From the NCBI GenBank assembly GCA_001179505.1, contig CDMY01000466.1:186001-250000 (forward strand): DNA of 64,000 bases, given 5' to 3'. The position numbers and the translations under genes are program-made. Below the pieces are notes generated by a model. The model saw only the letters and a program-made list of their open reading frames with translations, was not told where the DNA came from and ran no database searches. The stretch is from Vitrella brassicaformis CCMP3155 (taxonomy: Eukaryota > Protista > Chromerida). Each line of letters begins with the position of its first letter. Positions within the stretch are counted from its first letter, which is position 1. Positions 13,881 to 25,077 of the stretch are shown one piece after another.

Positions 13881-15186
13881 CTAAGACGCCTTATCGACAA
13901 AGTAGTTATAATTCTCGCGATAGGCATAAGTGTCCTTCTTCCTCTCCCTCTCGGCCTTCAGCCACGCCAGCTGGAACTCTTTGGACGGCGCGCCCAGCTG
14001 CCGCCCGTCCAGCAAGGCCCTGAGGTCATACTCAATCTCCAGCGGGTCCCACTGCCGCGGGTAGCGCCGCACCGGCACGCCATCCCCGTCGAGGAGGAAC
14101 TTCTCGTAATTGAGAGAGATGTTCTCCCACGACTTGCCGGCGATTGGGTTGCGCAGCTGACGGCCGAGGTAGGTGTAAAGGGGGTGCGCCTGTGGGCCGA
14201 TGACATCCACCTTGTCGAAGCATACCGCCTGCAAAAAAGAACGAAAGAACGGTACGGCTGGTCTGTCGCATGTGTGGGTGAGATTAGTGGACGAGAGCGA
14301 CCTACCTGTGGGTATTGGCCGAAGCCGAATGTCTGGTAGACGCGTATGCGCAGTGTGTCGTCTGTGTCGGGCTCCGCCCACCCTTGCAAGGTCGGGAACA
14401 TCATCACTGTCAAACCTGCATGAGACCACACCACACCACACCACACACACCACACACACACCACATCAGCTATCTCCATCACTGAGTGCGAGTGCACGTC
14501 TCTCTGCCTGCCTGCCTGCCTGCCTGCCTGCTTGCGTGTGTCACGCGCTGACCTTGCTTCCAGTATTTGTCGACGAGGTATTTGAGTTCGCCGATTTGTC
14601 TGCTCTCCGGGTCGTCGAGCTTGATGTTGACGACCAGGGTGGCCCTCCTGCCCAGGAACTTTTCTATCGGGATGCTCTTCTTGCGCAACGGAATCTCCAA
14701 ACCTGCATGACGAAAGACAGACAGGACACATCGGTCGTTGTTCGCTCCGCATCTGTCTGCTGTTGGGTGTGCACTGCACTCACCCCTGACAGACGAGATC
14801 TCGTTGTATTCGATGTCAGACGCGATTTCTGACAGCCTGCTGCCTTCCCCACCTTCCTCCCCTTCACCCGCAGCAGCTGATGCACCCATCCCACCGGCTG
14901 TCAGTGTGATCACTCCAATGCCAGCCGCACCTACTCCACCCAGAAACACCCTCCTGGGCGTCTCGGCGTCGATGTCAAGAGCACCACTGCTGTCCTTCAC
15001 AGCATGTAGGCGTGGCGGCCGGCTTGCAATATGCCTTGCGCAGGTCGTCAGAGCATTGGACGATGACGGTCTGGATGGCGGTTGGAAGGCCGCTGCGAGG
15101 GCCAACCACAGAGAGGAGATGAAGAGGCTCAAAGATGGACAGATGAGCGGCACCGCCATTGAACGAAGATCTTCAAAGTTTGCCAT
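13881..15186 (-). CDS. Glutathione-peroxidase-fold protein lacking catalytic Cys; bipartite plastid leader plus RRxFL Tat-like lumen signal
   Basis: Spliced: ...LWLALAAAF...PRRVFLGGVGAAG...FLGRRATLVVNIKLDDPES...KYWKQGLTVMMFPTLQGWAEP...FDKVDVIGPQAHPLYTYL...ISLNYEKFLLDGDGVPVRRY. This matches the GPX pattern VN..C / FPCNQF.QEP / KxDVNG.AHPLY / WNFEKFL. Confidence 0.85.
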
Positions 15187-15288
15187 TCACAGACAAAGCT
15201 CGCAACAGTTGAAAGGATCACGGGGCGGCAGCATGAGAACCCTTTCGTCATGTGGAGAGCCCATGAGACCGTGATCTGATGAACTGTC

Positions 15289-18200
15289 ATGGACCGAAAC
15301 GGTGATCTGATGAGTCCAGCATGAGCTCTCGTGCTGATGTGTTGGTTCCGCACACAGTGGCGACGTGGCGTAGCTTCATTGCCTTCGGGGAGATCCTAGA
15401 GTGCCCCATCTGCAGAGATATACTGCACGTGCGTGTCAGACAATGAATGAATGAGGCGAGGCGAGTGGTAGCAAGTAATGCATTTGTGCCTGTCTGGTCT
15501 GTGTTTGTGTGCAGGATGCGTGTTGGTTCGACCCCTGCGGCCATGCATTCTGCCGTGAATGCCTCACCAGACACCTTCAGGGTATCTATGAGCACACCTT
15601 CACTGCATACCTGGTCTCTGTCTGACACCCATTCTGGTCTGTCTGTCTGCAGAGAATGCGTGGTGCCCAGTGTGCAGGGCTGTCCATACGGGCCGGCGGC
15701 CGCTCAGCGAGATCAGAGTGAGCAAATGACATCCATCCAATTCACTGTTGCCATTCCATGGCCTCCTCGGCTCATGGTTTGCCGTCATCCCTGTGTGCAG
15801 TCATTCGGCACAGTGGACGACCTCGCCGCCCAGCTGCGCACCCTCATGGCCAGCGAACAGATGTCCGCCCTTCAGAAGCTCATCGACCCCCTCATGCACC
15901 CACCAGCATCCTCAGGCGGCCCTCCTGATGAGGCTCCTCAAGAGGAAGAGGCCAACAACAACGGCGGTGATGCCATGATGGTAGACCAAGAGAATGAGGA
16001 GGAAGAGCCACCCCACCTCGACACGGAGATGCGGCAGCGGGCGATCGACTCTGTGACCGACGAGGATGTCGGCCAAGCCATGGACGTCGAGAGGGACAAC
16101 GGAGAGGGGCAGCACCACCAATGGGCCGAGCTGCCGCCCTTCCCATGCCAAGACGGGGACCAGCAGCACGAGTGTCCTGCTTCCGAGGCCTATCAGCCAC
16201 GGGCCATCGACGAGCAGAGCAACGCATCCAGCGAGGAGCCGGCGTGTGTCGTGTGCGACGGCACTGAGACGTCCGAGGGCGACGTGATGGTGTTCTGCGA
16301 TGGCGACAACTGCAAGACGGTGGTCCACCAGCAGTGCTACGGCATCGCCGCTGTGCCCGAGGGCAAGTGGTACTGCAACGCCTGTGTGAGGCGGCGGGCG
16401 GAGCAGGGTGTGGATGGGATGGACTCGGACGAGGAGCCGTTGCGCAAACGGAAGCCGCGGACGAGGCGAGACGAGCTCACCTGCGTTCTGTGCGGCAGAT
16501 CCGACCCACAAGGTGAGGTGGGCTGACGGCGATATATCGACACACACGCGCATTGCACATGCCGTGTGTGGCTTGGTTGTGTGATTATGCAGGGTTCAAG
16601 CCGACGGATGACGGTCGTTGGGTCCATCTTCGGTGTGCGTTGTGGACTCCCGAGACTGTGGTGCTCGACACCGACCGGCAGGAGCCCGTGAGTGGCCTAG
16701 GGTCGATCGCAAAGGGCAGGTGGCGCCTGCGGTGCTGCATATGCGGCGTCAAAGGGTAGGTACGCGGGGGCTGTCGTGCTCTCAAAAGGATCTGTCCATT
16801 TAGAGGATGTGTCATGTTCTGTCTGTCTGTGTGTGTGTCAGTGGCGCGCCGATTCAGTGCGCCAACCGCGGGTGTGCGGTGGCCTTTCACGCCTTCTGCC
16901 ACAAGAAAGCTGGACTGAGGATGGAGGTCAGTGAATGAATGAGCATCAGAAACGGCCAGCCACTTCACCTCACCACCCCTTTCTCTCTCTGTGTGTGAGT
17001 GCAGCTCAAGGACTGCGGCGACAGCGTGCTCCGCCGTGCCTGGTGCCCACACCACTCACAAATATCCCCCTCCCCCACGGGCTCGTGCCACTCGCCCACC
17101 AGCGCCCCAGGACCAGCATCCACCCGACAGCCACACGTCGACCGCAATGGCCCAATGAGGGCGAGCGACGGTGCGGCCGACCGGCGGCATGGGACCAGTT
17201 CTGGTGGCGCTAGCAGCAGTGGGGGTGAGGGTGGGGGCCGTGTTTGGCGGGGGCGGCCGAGGGGTGAGGTGGTGCTCCTGGGATCATCCCTGTCGAACCA
17301 ACAGCAGGTGAGAAAAGGACCTGGTCCTCCAAGCATCGATGGATTAGTCGTGCGCATATGTGTGGGGGTGTGCGTGTCACGTCACAGAGTGTGTTGGATC
17401 GGTTTGCTGACCGTAGCGGCTGCCGTGTGGTCCCGTCATATTCGCCAGAGGTCACGCACCTCATCGTGCGATCGAAGTAGGCACAATGAGGCACTATTCA
17501 CCCGCCACCAAGTGCGCCCATTCCCCAGCTGGATGTATTTCTGTCTGTGTGCAGGGAGTGCCGGCGAACGGTCAAGTTCCTCAAAGCCCTTCTCACTGGC
17601 AAATGGATCCTCGCATTCGACTGTGAGTCACCCAAATACTCACCCACACAACCACCGCTCTGCATGTGTGTGTGTGTGTGTGTGTGTGTGCAGGGGTGTC
17701 CCGGTGTTTGTCTGGCAATCGTTGGCTGTCTGAGGACGGCTATGAGGTGTCCAAAGACATGACCACCGGCGCACCCATACCGCCCAGGAGACAACGCACA
17801 CACGACACGGTGGGTGGGTGCGGATGACACATTGACGGCAGGCAGGTGTCACGTCGCGGCATTCAATGCTTCATGTGCCTTGTGTGTCCTCAGATGGGGA
17901 GGCTGTTTGGCGGTCTGCGTTTCTACTTCCTCGGCACCTTCACCGACCCCCTGCCAACCGCATCAGAGTGAGCAAATGAGTGGGCACCACACCAACACCA
18001 AGTCAATGCAGCACATCCCTCCCTCCCTGTCTGTGTGTCAGGGTGAAGGATCTGCTGGAGCTGGGTGGCGGGTGTGTGGTCACCACATCGCCCCAGAGCC
18101 TCACCAGGGCCACCCCACTGCCACACCCATCACAGTGGGACGAGGCCGGTGGGGGTGATAGCCCAGACGGTGGGCAGGGACAGCAGCTCATGGTGGTGGT

Positions 18201-18297
18201 GGCTGGGGATGCACACGACCCACACAGGCCCAACGTGTCGTTTCGTTGGGTCTGTGACTGCGTTTCGCATGGAAAGCTGCAGCCACCCACTCGATAG
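15289..18297 (+). CDS. BRCA1/BARD1-like protein: RING + PHD/Zn-knuckle/ePHD (PZP) + tandem BRCT
   Basis: Spliced RING CPICRDILHDACWFDPCGHAFCRECL...WCPVC. PHD CVVCDG...FCDGDNC..VHQQCYGI..VPEGKWYCNAC. ePHD WVHLRCALW...CCICG..GAPIQCANRGC..AFHAFC...WCPHH. BRCT1 VTHLIV..ECRRTVKFLKALLTGKWILAFD. BRCT2 GRLFGGLRFYFLGTF...DLLELGGG...SFRWVCDCVS. Start codon uncertain (15289 or ~15337). Confidence 0.85.
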
Positions 18298-18736
18298 ATA
18301 GACGAGCGGCTGCAGCCAAGACAGACAGACAGACAGACAGATAGCCAGACAGACGGACGACAAACACTGTGCGCATGTTGTGCATGTGTGTGTGTATGTG
18401 AGCGTGTCGGATGGATGTGTGTGTGTGTGTCAATACATATTCGGCATCGATGGATTCAGCAGCGGTATTGTGCATGTCCATGGCCATGTCCGTCCGCACG
18501 TAGCCACGTACTGTACAGACCCCCACACACGGGTGAAGCGATGGATGGATGGATCCACACACTCACACATAGACGCATACACACACGCACACGCACACGA
18601 AGACACCTACGGGCGGGGCCGATATCGAGCAACGAGACAACGAATTCAACCGATCCTCAGACCTCACTCTCTCTCTCACTCGCAGGCAGGCAGACAGACA
18701 GACAGCTGTCATCTATCTATGTATGTCTGTGTCAGT

Positions 18737-19607
18737 CAGTTTTGCACCTGCACTTTGGTCTGGACCTTATCGAACGGCCCCACTCCTTTGGTCTTGACAT
18801 ACACCTGCGCGTACTTGACCTCATCACATATATTCTTCGGGGTGTACCATCTGAGAGAGACACAGAGAGGGGCGGGAGGGAGGAAGGGATGGAGGCAAGT
18901 GTGCTGGGCTGGTTGGTTGTTTGTTTGTGTGGTGGCTGTCTACCTACCTGTTGAGGGTGAATGGGAAGATGAGCCTGGAGTTAAGCCCTCCGGGGTTCCA
19001 GGTGATGCCCATCCTGGTCGACTGCTTCACACTCCACCCTGCACACGCACACCCAAGACAGGCAACCTCCCACTGCTTTCACAGACCCGTGTCTCATATA
19101 GTCACTGGCGTACCGTAGTCATGGGAGGCACACATAGGGTAGGGGTACTTGTCGATCGGATCCCGGTTGTGCCACTTGTCCTCCGCACCCATGATGGCCA
19201 GCCCAGCCCCGGCAGGCTGCGGCTTGCTCGGCACCGTGTGGGGCCTCGCATAATAGGTAGGGATATCGATCTGCCGGTCCTTGTTGGTGATCTTGTCCTC
19301 TACAAGACTCAGCTTCTTCAACCGGAGCTGAAACACGGGGGAGATCCGCAAATGCTTCTGCATGCAAGCAACACAGAGAGAGACAGACAGTCAGCCCAGC
19401 CAGAGATGGGCTCGTTTCTCTTTCACCCTGGCTGGCCCCCTTTGCCTTCGTGTGCTGACTGACCAGCTCTTTGTTGACGGTCTCCTCAAATATGCGATGT
19501 GCCGCCGTGATGTTGCCTGGGTCGGAGCCGAAGCCTCTGAAGTCCCTGCCACCGCTACCCCCAAACGGATGCTTCTTCGGCCCCTTCTTCGCCTCAGCCA
19601 TGGCCAA
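18737..19607 (-). CDS. FAM183/CFAP144-like flagellar microtubule-associated protein (putative)
   Basis: Four exons: IFEETVNKELVSQH..LRISP...DPIDKYPYPMCASHDYGW...RWYTPKNICDEVKYAQVYVKTKGVGPF. The P..KY..P..S.E/D.GW motif and terminal Y....G..PF resemble FAM183 (recalled from memory). Confidence 0.6.
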
Positions 19608-19877
19608 CCAATGAAAGTTCCCTCCGTCAGGCTGGCGGTCAATGAATCAATGAATCAAGCTGCAGTGGGGCTCTTGTCTCAGCTGCCGTCTTTTCCCTCT
19701 CCTTCTTCGCACACGTATGCAGACAACAACAATCGCTCTTCCGAGCGCGAAAGCGCCGCGGCGCGAGGAGGAAACACTGGCTAAGCTCGCACGAGCCCCC
19801 AGTCTCAAGTGGGGAGGGGAGGCTGCCAACGACCCGTCCTTCTCTCTGGAACTGTTCAGGCTGCTGCGGGTGCTGTG

Positions 19878-21932
19878 ATGGGATCGCAGGGCACACCAAC
19901 TCAGACTGATGCTAGTGCTGACGCTGTACATCCCACCTCGCGACTAGGACCTCTGCTATTCGAGCGAAGCGATACGATGGACCTGATTCTGATCAGCAAG
20001 GAAGGCGTTGAGGTCCATGCTCATAGGGCGGTCTTGTCCACCTGCAGGTCAGACGAGAGGCACACACCAAGACTCTGATGCGCATGCATCAATCTAGTTT
20101 CTGTGTTGGTGTGTGTGGTGCAGCCCCGTGTTCTCCACCATGCTGTGCGGGAGCATGTGTGAAAGCAGGACGGACAGGCTGCCAGTGCAGTACAGTCACG
20201 CGTGCATCCTCGAGCTGCTCAAGTTCATGTACACCGACACCCTCAGCACCACACTCAAAACCGTGGAAACCGACCTCGACTTCGTCATCGAGCTCTGCTA
20301 TGCCGCCGACTACTACGGCTGTTCAGCCCTCCTGCGTCACATCGACAACCTGTTGCTGAGCGGCCCCATCTACCGCGTCGAGCAGGCTGTCCGCATCCTG
20401 GCGGCCCTGGGAGAGGCCCGCGGCAGTGGCATCCAAAACACGGAAGCCTTCCGCTTTCTGTGCCTGTTCCTGCAGAGGAACCTCGCGTTGATCGTCGGGC
20501 TCGGCGGATCCGACCCTGTCGTCCAAGTGGCATTGGATGAGCTGCCGAGTGACGTGTGGATCAAGGTGGTGGAGAGCGACGAAACGGCCGTAGATGAGCT
20601 CGGTATGTCGACCGGCGCTCCCTTGCAAGTGCTCACACATCTTTCCTGCTGTGGATGGATGGCTGTCTGCAGAGCTGTTCCATGTGTTGCATCGGTGGCA
20701 CCAGCGCCAGAGCGATACGAAGGCATGTAGTCGGTCGAGCAGTGGCGGCGAGGGAAGGGCAGAGGGAGGAAACGCCGACAGCAGCAGCAGCAGCAGCAGC
20801 AGCAGTGAGCTCTTCCGGAAGGTGCGCTATGGCCTCATTCCGATGGACAAGTGAGGGAATGACAGACAAGGAGCAAGCAGCCACTGTCGCTTGTCATGTC
20901 GTCCCCTGTGCGTGGCGTGTTTCAGGCTGGTCACGGATGTGAAGCCGACATGTATGGCACCAAGAGACCTCTATGCGATGGCGCTGGAGCATCACGCCCA
21001 TCCCCCGCTGAGCCCCTTCAACGCCACAGAGACCCTCAACGTCTATGCCAAGCCGCGAGCGGCGAACAATGGAATGCCCCCACCACCGCAGAACGGAGAG
21101 ATCGGTACTGGAGGGAGTGGAAAGGCACAAACGATACACACGTGTGCAATCAATGAGTGTCTGTCTGTGTGCTGTGTCGGGTCGGTGTGTGCGAGTGTGG
21201 GTGCAGACACTTTGGTGCTGGTGAATCCGTCTCGGCCGCCGAGCAAGGGCTTGCCCATCCTCACCCGGCAGCCCACGCCGATTGAGGGCACAGACTTCGT
21301 GTTCAAGGCCCTCATATTCCCCTGTGGCAGCAGGATGGGCAGCCCCGAACACACGTCATGCTTCCTGCACGTATGCATGTATCAACGCATGCACACACAA
21401 ACACCCAATCGGTATACACACAGTCGATAGTGGTGTTGTGTTGTGTTGTGTGTCTAGGTGGCCCCGAGATTGCTGCATGATGAAGCCGAGAGCAACTTGA
21501 AGGCGCACGCAACGAGCCTAGCAGCATCACCGGCGCCATCAGCAGCAGCAGCAGCCCCGGCTTCCGGCACCAGTCCTCCTCAGAAGGCAGGTGCTGGGCG
21601 GTGGCCGAGTCACCCGCCGGTGCAGTACACATTGCAGTGCTGGGACTGGCAGGGGCAGGCCTTTGTGAAGCGGCAGGACAAGTACACCTTCACCCCACAG
21701 CATGACGACAGGGGCTGGCACGACTTCTGCCAAAACACGGTGGGTGAGCCAGCCATCAAAGTCAGGGGGGTCTATGCATTAAGCTGCTCTTGAAGCTCTT
21801 TCTTCTCCTTTGTGTGTGCAGAGGTCGTTTGGCCCCAGTGGCGTGATTGTCGTGCGTGCGTCTGCGAGGCTACAGCCCGAGAAGCCATCGCAGCCCGCTG
21901 AGTCGTCGAAGGACCCAAGGAATGCCAGCTAG
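19878..21932 (+). CDS. BTB/POZ-BACK protein with C-terminal MATH-like domain (Cullin3 adaptor)
   Basis: DLILISKEGVEVHAHRAVLSTC|SPVFSTMLCGSMCES...LLKFMYTD...ELCYAADYY (BTB). ELPSDVWIKVVESDETAVDELELFHVLHRW..FRKVRYGLIP (BACK). FKALIFPCG...SCFLHV...YTFTPQHDDRGWHDF (MATH-like). Confidence 0.85.
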
Positions 21933-22431
21933 CCTTAGCCTTTGCACACTGACTGACATTCGTTGGAGGCTGCATTGCGTTATGTAATGTGACTGAGGGA
22001 TTGATAGTCGGCAGTGAATGCATTCGTTGGTCCCTATGTGGATCGGTCGCATGACGTGACAGTCAGTCGGGTGTTTGCCACAGAGGACGAAAGCACTTGC
22101 CAGCTGCGTACCCAGCTAATTGGCAGACAGTCCTCCTACCTACTGAGTGCGTGAGTGAATAATGAGTGCAGTACACAGACACATACACACGTCTACACGA
22201 ATGAGCACCATACACGCCTGTCTGCGCATACAGAACAACGCTCACACCAAGCACTACGCAGTGAGGGAGGAGGCCACACACCAATCAATCGACGAAAACC
22301 ACACCAAGGCCAATGAACAACAGACAAATAAACAGACTTGTGGATTGCGCGTGCAGCACACACAGACACGCGATGTGGATACACACGCACAAACGGCGCC
22401 CTCCCCCCTCCCCCCCTCCCCTCATCTCATC

Positions 22432-24978
22432 TCATCTCTCCACACACACCGCCTTGGAAGGTTTCAAATCTTTGTCTTTGTAGTTGACCGGCACCGCCTG
22501 GAAGCACTGCAGCGACTCGGCCGGCAGCGGCAGCTTCTGAATGACCTCCTGGATGGTGTCGCGCAGGGAGAAGGCGTGCTCGAACCCCCTCCTGGTGTGC
22601 ACCTTGACCAGGTTGGGCAGCCGCCGCCCGCCTGTCGCCTTGCGCGCCTCCTCTATCGTCCCTGATAGCACCTTCCACTGCAACGCCCCAACCAAACCAC
22701 CACCCCGTGACGACGGACACACACAATGAGAATGAGAGACACACGATAACATAACGACGTTCTGCCGTCCATCGTTTGCACTGACTGACCTTTTTGATGT
22801 TGGTGGCGCCGTTAAAGCTGTAATGCACATATGGCGTGGAGGAGGCCCTGCCACTGAAGAGGGCCGAGGGCGGCCAGTGCGGAACCGCATCCCACTGCAG
22901 CCGGAATGCGCGGGACGACCAGCCATCCTCCAGCTGAAACTCCAATACCTTCTCGCCGGCTGGGGTCACCTCGGTGTAGACGGGGCGTGGGGACGACCCT
23001 GATCCCCCGCCGCCACCCCAGCAGATAGCCGTGTTGCCGTTCGATAGCTGCCGACAGACAGACAGACAGACAGAACAAGTCTTGACGCGTGGCTGTTCCG
23101 TTTGTGTGCCCCCCGCCTGGCCTGATCTCACCCACCCACCTACCCTTTGTGCGTTGCCGTTGAATGGTGAGAATGGCCCCTTGTACTCCCAGACCTTCCG
23201 CAGCCCGTGCCGCCCCCCCTTGCCCATGCTCAGCTCCAGCCGGTACTCCACCGCACGGGAGTAGCGGGGGTGCAGCGACGGGCTGCTGTTGTCGAACAGC
23301 AGCAGGTTGCCGTTGTCCAGGAGCTTTGGCGAGTGCTGCAGCGAGAAGGGCCGGGGGTCGTTGAGGTAGGTGAATTGGTTGAAGGAGGGCAGGTGTCCAA
23401 GCTGCCAGATGGTCTGCCCTGTGTGGCGGTCGACGAGCAGGAGACCGAAGCGGCGGAGGGAGATCAGGATGTTGCCACCCTTGTCCCAGTCCACACTGCA
23501 CATACATACACACACAAGGAAGGCTTGCAAACAGCACACAAGCCTTCTCTCCCCCTCCTAGCCCCGCCCCGCCCCCACTCACATCCATCGTACCTGTTGA
23601 GGTGCAGCATGTTCTTGATGCCCTCCAAGTTCGCCTTGGACCCAGCAGACTTCTCCAAAGCCATCTTGACGGTCCGAGAGATGATTGGGTGGTCGATGGA
23701 TCGCCACTCAAACAGTACTCTTCCCTTGGAGTCGATCTCCTGCACTATCGAGCCAGCGACCTGGGCGCTTTTGCCACCAATCACCAGCGGCTGCAAGTCG
23801 TAGACGGCAGCCAGGCTGGTGCCGTCCTTCCGAATGCGGAAGGTGTGGCGGTTAGGTCGATACCCATGGCCAGCCCGTCTGGTCCGTACGATGCGATACC
23901 CCTTGTCTCGCTCAACCCAGGCCTGTACCAGCGGGTCGTAGTACCACAGATGGCCGTTGTCCTGCACTCTGAAGTCGGTCGTGCCCGTTGTGCTGACCCT
24001 GCTCTTGGATGGCCGCAACCCTGTCAGCTGCTGCCAGTAGATCAGCCGACCCTTCTCGTCCATGATGGTCAGGAAGTCGTGCCCGCTGGTCGTGTTGCGC
24101 GGCGCAAAGAATATCAGCCCGTCCTGTCTGGCGGTCTTGTTGGCTTTGGCAGGTGTGACCACTCGGACACGAGGGAAAATGGAGGGCACAGTGCGGTAGT
24201 AGAAAGGCGGTGTGGCGGCGGGTGCGTAGTGCGGCCGCCTGGTGAGGTCCACCTGTGTGGCCTCCGCGTGTCTGCCGTCGAATGCCGTCTCTTCATGGGC
24301 GACGGGGGAGTAGTCATCGACGTCAGTCTGGCTGACGTAGTAGCCCTCCGCGGAATTGGACACACGAAAGCTCCAGTTGATGCTGTCGAGGCTCTGGCCC
24401 GTCGCAGCCTTCAGGCCGGGGTGTATCCTCACGAACACCTTCTCACCCTTCGCAAACCGGTCACCCTTTCTCAGCTGAAAGACCAGCGTCTGTCCATCAT
24501 CGCCCATCGAGGTGGCGCCCTCGTGCTCGCCACTCCACTCGCCCTTGACAGTGATCTTCCTGGCCATTTCTTCCATGGGGTTCTTGAGAGAGAGCCGCCA
24601 GTCGCGTCGGGGCCGCAGGGCGACAGAAGTGAAGGGCGAGACCATCTTGGCGTTTGGCCTCGGATTGAGGTAATAGAAGAAGGGCTCGTCGCCCTCAACC
24701 CCCGTCACTTCTGCCAGCTCCATGATGCCGGGCGGGTCCGCCATCTCGTCAGCCAGGTGGAGCAGGTCAAGCTCATCGCCGCCTTCTCCGATGTCGGTCC
24801 AGTCGATGTCGTATTGGTCGGCCTCAGCGCCCTTGAGATATTCGCCTTTTGCAGTGTCCCCGGGGCTGTGGCCGGCTGACGACGGAGGGATGCCCATCGG
24901 CACAGGCAGGGCGAAAGCAGTGATGCCTACGGTGGTACAAAGGACCACCTCTCTTACGCCGAGAGGAAGCCGACGCAT
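22432..24978 (-). CDS. Arylsulfotransferase (ASST-like beta-propeller) with N-terminal Ig-like domain, signal peptide
   Basis: HLN|SVDWDKGGNILISLRR...DRHTGQTIWQLG...FSLQHSPKLLDNGNLLLFDN...SRAVEY...KVWEY...GNAQR|LSNGNTAICWG...TEVTPAGEKVLEF...SRAFRLQW. Start probably MRRLPLG at 24978; the ORF extends to 25107. Confidence 0.88.
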
Positions 24979-25077
24979 CGCAGACAATCCACAGGAGGCG
25001 GCTGACTGCTCTAACGGCTGCACAGTACTTTTATTGCGTTTCGCTACGTTTCGCGAATCCCGAATGACAACGCGCGC

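Noticed and set aside
12934-14023. Several 120-260 aa ORFs
   Set aside because: Translations of microsatellites (DGWMDG, CLSVCL, QTDRQT); non-coding.
18380-19462. 360-aa plus-strand ORF
   Set aside because: Made of repeat-rich intergenic and intronic sequence antisense to the FAM183-like gene.
23602-24879. 425-aa plus-strand ORF
   Set aside because: Antisense shadow of the arylsulfotransferase first exon.
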